Source of the DNA: a virus
Taxonomy: Duplodnaviria; Heunggongvirae; Uroviricota; Caudoviricetes
Virus record (IMG/VR): IMGVR_UViG_2751185956_000013
Strand: one strand, 5' to 3'
DNA: 12,536 bases
A program made the position numbers and the translations under genes. The notes below the pieces were generated by a model, which did not search any database, had not been told where the DNA came from, and saw nothing but the letters and a program-made list of their open reading frames with translations. This document shows positions 7,828-12,536 of the stretch, piece by piece. Position 1 is the stretch's first letter. Every line of letters begins with the position of its first letter.

Positions 7828-8731
7828 GTGCGCCCCCTGTGCGAATACGTCCGGCAAAAAAGCAAACGTGATCCCGCGCCAGAATGCGGCGGGCTTCCTG
7901 CTCAGTCTCTGCGGCGATATGGTGAATTTTGGCGGTAATTGTCGGCATATCGCGGCGAACTGCTGCGATAATCCAGATAAATTGCGGTTTTTGGGTAGGG
8001 GTAGTAGCCAGCATAGCGGCAGCCTCTGATTCATGGTTTTGAGAACCACCACCGGAAACGCCAATTTCGCTGGTGGTGAACTGTACAGGGTTGGCGTAAC
8101 CGGGAATCAGAGAAACCGGCGCGGATTGCTCCGCCCCCATACAGTCCACCATTGAACAGGTGTAACTGCGCGGCACAAAAAAACACGCATGGCGCGTGTT
8201 GTGCGCTCTGATAATTACCGGGACGCCAATCCCGACACCAGATTTTGCTGGTGCGCTATAACCATAAACCGGGTTGGCGATAGTCGGCAAGCCCTTTTTT
8301 ATGGACTCCAGAAACTCACCTTCGCGCGTGCGCGTACTGTTGCATAAATTCCCTGCATCTAGTGGTGATGTCAGAAAAATCTTCCCGCCTCGTGTAGTGA
8401 TGATGGGAAAATCTTCCTCGCGTAGTGACCCCCAATAAATCTTCGTGCGCGTACTGGTCTCGAAACTCTCCTCGTCACCACGACGAGAAAATGAGGAGCT
8501 GGCATTAGCTGGCACTGTTATGCCAGCTTCGCATTCATGCGCGTGCGTACTTGTCCCGAAAACACCAAGATTTGTAAAGATCTGGCGGTGGCAAATGTCA
8601 GGTTTTGACAGGTTCCAAACGTCGCTATTTGTCGCAATCTGGCGGCGGGCTGCTTTGCTCCAGACGTTAACATTTGCATACATCAGGCCAGCCAGGGGAA
8701 AGGCTTTATTCTGGATGGCGGCATTAAGCAT
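7820..8731 (-). CDS. hypothetical protein (303 aa) containing a degenerate tandem DNA repeat tract
   Basis: Long open frame with GGGGG RBS 7 nt upstream of ATG 8729-8731; start overlaps the AntA-type gene stop (ATGCTTAAT). No family recognised. The central part coincides with the repeat tract at 8311-8490, so the gene model is uncertain. Confidence 0.45.
   Translation of the reverse strand: MLNAAIQNKAFPLAGLMYANVNVWSKAARRQIATNSDVWNLSKPDICHRQIFTNLGVFGTSTHAHECEAGITVPANASSSFSRRGDEESFETSTRTKIYWGSLREEDFPIITTRGGKIFLTSPLDAGNLCNSTRTREGEFLESIKKGLPTIANPVYGYSAPAKSGVGIGVPVIIRAHNTRHACFFVPRSYTCSMVDCMGAEQSAPVSLIPGYANPVQFTTSEIGVSGGGSQNHESEAAAMLATTPTQKPQFIWIIAAVRRDMPTITAKIHHIAAETEQEARRILARDHVCFFAGRIRTGGAHA
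8311..8490. repeat. degenerate tandem repeat tract, about 6 units of 26-33 bp
   Basis: Plus-strand units beginning at 8311, 8344, 8374, 8407, 8435 and 8462, e.g. GAAAAATCTTCCCGCCTCGTGTAGTGATGATGG, GAAAATCTTCCTCGCGTAGTGACCCCCA, ATAAATCTTCGTGCGCGTACTGGTCTC. The GCGCGTACTG core recurs at 8330-8339 and 8447-8456. Unit lengths differ by non-multiples of 3, so copies are not in a constant frame of the 303-aa ORF. Confidence 0.45.
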
Positions 8732-9557
8732 GATTAGCCCCCAGATGTTTAGCTAACCAGCGCTGAGAGAGGCGGATTAGCTCGGCTTTACGCAGGTCAT
8801 ATCCCATACCCATATCAATTAACGTGATATTGGTGCTTTCGAGATAGGCGAGGTGTTCAAGCTGTGCTGCGTTCATGCTGTCCCGTGGTTCGCCAGTAAT
8901 GCCATTTGCCTGCGCCCACTGCTTCGCCGTCATGCCACCCAGCACGATACGGGCGATCATGTTGCTCTCGTTGCTGTAGTGGCGAGCCTGCGTCTGTTTA
9001 CCCTGTTCTGCGCGGGCGCTTTCCAGCGCTACGCACATCGGTTTAAACAGGTTGGCGGCACTGATACGGGCTTTTAGCTGGCGACGATAGCGGGCGGCGA
9101 TTTCAGGCACGCTACGCTGTAATTCTTCCTCGCACTGGATGAAATAACGGCGGATAGCGCGGCCCTGTTCAGTGCGTTCGATCATTGCCAGTTCTTTCGC
9201 CATTCCGACACTTAACAGATAGTCTTTGCCGGGTCTGCCAGAGTGCTTAATCTTGCTGTAAGCCGCGCCATTCGGGCTTTTCCCCAGATTTGGGGAAATT
9301 GTTTTATGGACTGAGTAATCGTGCCCAATGGTGAAGTCATATTCAGAGATGCGATCAGTGATCCATGTAGAGAAGTCTTTTCCCACGCCCAACGCTTTGT
9401 GTAACGCTTTTGCGCTAACAATATTGGCTTCACGCCCACCGATATGACCAGGAATAACCGGGACAATTGTGGCAAATTCATTACCGTTAATTGTTCCCTG
9501 ATAGGCGTTCAGATGAGGGGCGGCCTCAGAAATTAATCTGCTTTTTTCGATGTTCAT
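8724..9557 (-). CDS. phage antirepressor, AntA N-terminal domain plus KilAC/ORF6C-like C-terminal region (277 aa)
   Basis: N-terminal segment NIVSAKALHKALGVGKDFSTWITDRISEYDFTIGHDY fits the AntA antirepressor signature; downstream DYLLSVGMAKELAMIERTEQGRAIRRYFIQCEEEL fits the antirepressor C-terminal region pattern. GGAG RBS in the 12-nt gap after the 144-aa gene. Confidence 0.65.
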   Translation of the reverse strand: MNIEKSRLISEAAPHLNAYQGTINGNEFATIVPVIPGHIGGREANIVSAKALHKALGVGKDFSTWITDRISEYDFTIGHDYSVHKTISPNLGKSPNGAAYSKIKHSGRPGKDYLLSVGMAKELAMIERTEQGRAIRRYFIQCEEELQRSVPEIAARYRRQLKARISAANLFKPMCVALESARAEQGKQTQARHYSNESNMIARIVLGGMTAKQWAQANGITGEPRDSMNAAQLEHLAYLESTNITLIDMGMGYDLRKAELIRLSQRWLAKHLGANHA

Positions 9558-9569
9558 TTTCAGTCTCCG

Positions 9570-10004
9570 TTAGGCGGCGGTGAGATTGTCCGGGTATAGG
9601 TTGAGAATGTCGGCAATTTCAGGCTGAGAAAGTCCCTGATAGCCGCCAGCGTCGGCGTTATGGTTCACAAGCCGAATAACTTTTAGAACGTCACCGCGCC
9701 CGGTAAAGCGATAGCGTAAATGTGACCCTATCCCGTCGGGGTTCTTTTCGTCTATACGCTCAAGCTGAATATCAAGCCTGCGCTCTAACTCGCTGGCGTA
9801 GTTCCTTCCAGATGAAAGGCGGCAATATCGCAGAATGTCGTTTTCTGTCCATCCCTCTACGCCAGTACGCAGCATATAGACGCGGGCGCGGTGTTTCTTT
9901 GGGGTTCGCTTAGGTACTTGTACCGGGCTGGTGGTCGGCGTAATATCAGACGTGCGAATATCTGAGTTAGCCGCCTGCTGTACGGGGCGGTTTTTCTTTT
10001 TCAT
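9570..10004 (-). CDS. hypothetical protein (144 aa), basic N-terminus
   Basis: ORF MKKKNRPVQQAANSDIRTSDITPTTSPVQVPKRTPKKHRARVYMLRTG...; its ATG overlaps the AlpA stop (TAATG). No family recognised. Confidence 0.5.
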   Translation of the reverse strand: MKKKNRPVQQAANSDIRTSDITPTTSPVQVPKRTPKKHRARVYMLRTGVEGWTENDILRYCRLSSGRNYASELERRLDIQLERIDEKNPDGIGSHLRYRFTGRGDVLKVIRLVNHNADAGGYQGLSQPEIADILNLYPDNLTAA

Positions 10005-10207
10005 TACGCCACCTTTCCCCGGCGCTCCGCCAGCCAGTTATTAATCTCTACCGCATCAAAGGCGGTAATCTTCTCCCCCAGCTTTACCGGGCGCGGTAGC
10101 GAGCCGCTGCGAACTTTGCGATCAATGGTTGAAACACTAACGCCCAGCAATTCAGCAAGGCGGAAGCGTCTGATATAGCCTTTTGTAGGGATAGTGTCGA
10201 TGTTCAT
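10004..10207 (-). CDS. alpA: AlpA-family phage transcriptional regulator / excisionase-like HTH protein (67 aa)
   Basis: Translation RRFRLAELLGVSVSTIDRKVRSGSLPRPVKLGEKITAFDAVEINNWLAERR matches the AlpA/CP4-57 regulatory family pattern (L..vS.sTI.R.v..G.FP.PvKlG.r...W...ei..Wl). Located one gene away from the integrase, as in CP4-57-type islands. Confidence 0.75.
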   Translation of the reverse strand: MNIDTIPTKGYIRRFRLAELLGVSVSTIDRKVRSGSLPRPVKLGEKITAFDAVEINNWLAERRGKVA

Positions 10208-10259
10208 GATTCCCGTAACCTCTTAGCGGTAGTTGTTGCTTCGTTACGAGAAATCTAGC

Positions 10260-10273
10260 TGTATAGATATACA
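10260..10273. promoter_or_regulatory. dyad-symmetric operator-like site upstream of alpA
   Basis: TGTATAGATATACA: 6-bp arms TGTATA / TATACA around a 2-bp centre, in the 106-bp gap between the cargo-gene terminator and the alpA start. No convincing -35/-10 pair could be assigned by eye. Confidence 0.3.
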
Positions 10274-10302
10274 ATGAAAAGGTACTGTAATTTTGCAGTA
10301 CC
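10274..10302 (-). terminator. putative rho-independent terminator of the 316-aa cargo gene
   Basis: Perfect 7-bp inverted repeat GGTACTG (10281-10287) / CAGTACC (10296-10302) with an 8-nt loop, 11 nt after the stop at 10314-10316 and followed on the minus strand by TTTTCATT. Confidence 0.45.
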
Positions 10303-10313
10303 TCTATAGCAAG

Positions 10314-11264
10314 TTAACTATCCACTTTGCCATTTGCCGCAGATCGCAGCTGTTTAAGAATTACATCTTCATTAGTTATCATAAGTGGTGGAACTTCGTC
10401 TAAATGACGAACAAGACAGTCACGCCACTTCTCAGGGCTTATTTCTTTCCTTACTCCCCTGCATTCATTTGGATACTTACTAAGTATATAAATTGCAGAT
10501 TTTAATAGTTTCTCCCTATTGACTGCGTACCGTTCGGCACGTTTATTAACTTTTAGCGTATTTATATCATTGGATAACTTGTTTGCGGGTGGTTTGTGCA
10601 TGGGTCTGTCATAAATATATTTTCCTCCATTTATAAGAAGATTGTATTCATAGTCAGTTATATACATTTTATTTCGGCTTATTTCATACCAGCCGTCAAT
10701 ATAAAAAGCTCCGATTTCATAATTATTCGATTTGCTAAACTCGTCACATCTCGGAGGCGTCAGTTCGCATACGGAGATCTCCCAATCATCCCATTCTGAT
10801 AGCTCCCGCTCATCGTTATCTATGAACGCAGACGGAATTGCTAATAGACCGTTCCATCTTTCGATATCTCTTTCATCCTTCCCAACATTGTATCGCTCTA
10901 TAACTGAGAAATGTTCTGATTTGTATGAAAACCTCATAAAATACATATGGTTATCGCTATTTTTATAATCAAGCGGTGATAAGCCATATGATTCGAGATT
11001 ATCTGCCTCATTGCTCAGATTAAGAAGATAATTCTCATGTGCTGCTTTTGTATCTATATGAAAAATACTATCTGTTTCAACTTTAAGTAATTCTGGGTCG
11101 GCATCTTCATTTTTGGGGTAATGGTAAAACAATTCAATAGGTGGAATTTTTATACATATTTCTAAAACCCCAATTGCTGCATAGTGTATTAAATCGGATA
11201 CTTCACATCCGGCCAGTTTGGCTGCTTTATCCAAAGAATAATATTTATGCGCAGGTAATTTCAT
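10314..11264 (-). CDS. hypothetical protein (316 aa), AT-rich orphan cargo gene between integrase and alpA
   Basis: Clean 951-bp ORF starting 18 nt after the integrase stop, with GAGAGGAAAG RBS region and its own terminator. G+C about 35% in two 60-nt samples I counted (10561-10620, 10981-11040) versus about 57% in an integrase sample (12001-12060). Acidic, Tyr/Trp-rich protein; no catalytic motif recognised. Confidence 0.7.
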   Translation of the reverse strand: MKLPAHKYYSLDKAAKLAGCEVSDLIHYAAIGVLEICIKIPPIELFYHYPKNEDADPELLKVETDSIFHIDTKAAHENYLLNLSNEADNLESYGLSPLDYKNSDNHMYFMRFSYKSEHFSVIERYNVGKDERDIERWNGLLAIPSAFIDNDERELSEWDDWEISVCELTPPRCDEFSKSNNYEIGAFYIDGWYEISRNKMYITDYEYNLLINGGKYIYDRPMHKPPANKLSNDINTLKVNKRAERYAVNREKLLKSAIYILSKYPNECRGVRKEISPEKWRDCLVRHLDEVPPLMITNEDVILKQLRSAANGKVDS

Positions 11265-11282
11265 TATGAATCTTTCCTCTCA

Positions 11283-12536
11283 TCATGCTCTGATTGGCGT
11301 TACGTTGTAGTCTTTTCCGCTTTCCAGTGCCACCAGCAAATCACACCACTGCGCCAGCGCCGCTTTACGCTCATCAAAATACTGGTGACGGTTATAGATA
11401 CCTTCCACGCCTTTAATTTTGTGATTAAGGCATCTTTCTGCGACTACCGGATCAACGCCCAGCGCTGCTAAATGAGTACGTGCGGTGCGTCGGAAGTCGT
11501 GAATCGTGAAATTAGGCACATCCGGCATTTCAGCGCGAACCTTAGCCAGTGCTACGGGTAAAGTGCTTTCCTGAATATGTGGGATCATTCTGTTTTGCAT
11601 CTTCCTGGCTGGAAGCACCCATGCGCTGTTGCATGAGAACGTTTTAAGCTCTCTCAGCCATTCGACGGCTGGCGGTGCTAATGGGATGTCTATAGCGTCG
11701 CCGTTTTTGCTGCGTTCCTCTGGTAAATGCCATACGGCTTTATCAAAATCGAACTCCTCCCAGCGGGCGGCGCATAACTCCATTTTGCGGACGCATAACG
11801 CTAACAGTAATTTGAACGTGATTTCGTTCTGACGGCTGAATCCCTTAGCCGTGCGCATAGCCTGAAACAGTCGGATTAGTTCGCCACGTGTTAACCAGCG
11901 GTCGCGGGAAACTTCTTTCCCTCCGGCGTCTGCCACCTCAAAGGCTGAACACGGGTTAATCTCCAGTGCGTGCCGCTTAATGCCGTAGTCAAATATGCGG
12001 CGTGTCCAGCGCAGAACGTCCGTTGCTATGGTCGGCGCTCCACGGTCAACAATACTTTTCAGCATGTCGTCGATATGGCGCGGCTTCACGTCCTCCACCT
12101 TCATGCTGCCAATGCATGGGTTTATATCTTTGTCGATACGGCGGCGGAGTATATCGGGGTGCTTCCAGCGCGGGAGGATCTGACGCTCAAAGTATTCAGC
12201 GGCAAGCTCTGAAACGCGCATAGCGTTCTTCTCTGCTTCCATCTTCGCCAGTGCTTCGGTTTTGCGCTTCTGCTTCTCTCCTGCAACGTCATAGCCCAGC
12301 GCAACGCGAGCCGATAGCTCTTTGGCTGTCTCTCTGGCCTTTGATAGTGATAGCTCGGCATATGAGCCAATCAGCATGGCGCGGGGTTTCCCTGCGAATT
12401 TATAGCGGAATCGCCAGACGGGGGTCTGGTAGTTTTCGCGGTATGAAAGATAAAGCCCGTTACCGTCAGAGCGTCCCTCGAATCGCTCCCCGGCCTTTAT
12501 CCATGCGCGGATCTGCATGTCTGTGAGTTTTGGCAT
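11283..12536 (-). CDS. int: tyrosine-type site-specific integrase, P4-like (417 aa)
   Basis: Full ORF with ATG exactly at the window edge (12534-12536) and TGA at 11283-11285. Arm-binding-type N-terminus (GLYLSYRENYQTPVWRFRYKFAGKP) and catalytic-domain motifs HDFRRTARTHL (H-x-x-R) and GIYNRHQY (tyrosine nucleophile region). Confidence 0.9.
   Translation of the reverse strand: MPKLTDMQIRAWIKAGERFEGRSDGNGLYLSYRENYQTPVWRFRYKFAGKPRAMLIGSYAELSLSKARETAKELSARVALGYDVAGEKQKRKTEALAKMEAEKNAMRVSELAAEYFERQILPRWKHPDILRRRIDKDINPCIGSMKVEDVKPRHIDDMLKSIVDRGAPTIATDVLRWTRRIFDYGIKRHALEINPCSAFEVADAGGKEVSRDRWLTRGELIRLFQAMRTAKGFSRQNEITFKLLLALCVRKMELCAARWEEFDFDKAVWHLPEERSKNGDAIDIPLAPPAVEWLRELKTFSCNSAWVLPARKMQNRMIPHIQESTLPVALAKVRAEMPDVPNFTIHDFRRTARTHLAALGVDPVVAERCLNHKIKGVEGIYNRHQYFDERKAALAQWCDLLVALESGKDYNVTPIRA

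Larger units (their letters stand above)
1..12536. mobile_element. P4-family / CP4-57-like integrative island (satellite-like cryptic prophage), ends not contained in window
   Basis: Co-oriented integrase, AlpA, antirepressor, alpha-type primase-helicase, iteron origin and SSB, plus cargo genes and one compositionally foreign gene. No att repeat or tRNA is visible. Whether the left-end genes (1-1854) are inside the element cannot be decided from this window. Confidence 0.55.

Noticed and set aside
7828-8064. Upstream two-thirds of the 138-aa ORF (7648..8064)
   Set aside because: It overlaps the 303-aa ORF out of frame for about 240 nt and its N-terminal part is low-complexity and Leu/Pro-rich. 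Only the short 59-aa form from ATG 7825-7827 was kept.
1-12536. tRNA or tmRNA gene and att direct repeats marking the island ends
   Set aside because: Nothing resembling a tRNA cloverleaf or a duplicated 15-25 bp core at both ends was seen; the window is cut at gene boundaries, so these features are probably outside it.

Overview
The window is an almost gene-to-gene slice of an enterobacterial P4-family (CP4-57-like) integrative island, bounded by a DinD-like gene stop codon at position 1-3 and the start codon of a tyrosine integrase at 12534-12536. All genes but one lie on the minus strand. From right to left: a complete tyrosine integrase; a strongly AT-rich 316-aa orphan gene with its own terminator in the int-alpA cargo slot; an AlpA-family regulator; a long, tightly packed operon (several 4-nt ATGA start/stop overlaps) containing an AntA-type antirepressor and six uncharacterised proteins and ending in a P4 alpha-type primase-helicase; an iteron array that looks like the replication origin; an SSB-family protein; a PerC-family regulator with an intrinsic terminator; and a left-end cargo cluster (61-aa ORF, pRiA4b ORF-3 family protein, a convergent 119-aa plus-strand gene, DinD-like protein). 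I did not recognise sid/psu/delta-type capsid-hijacking genes, any tRNA, or an att site; the att and tRNA target are presumably outside the window. The best candidate for an undescribed system is the AT-rich 316-aa gene between integrase and alpA. All calls rest on reading the translations and the DNA by eye; no searches were run.
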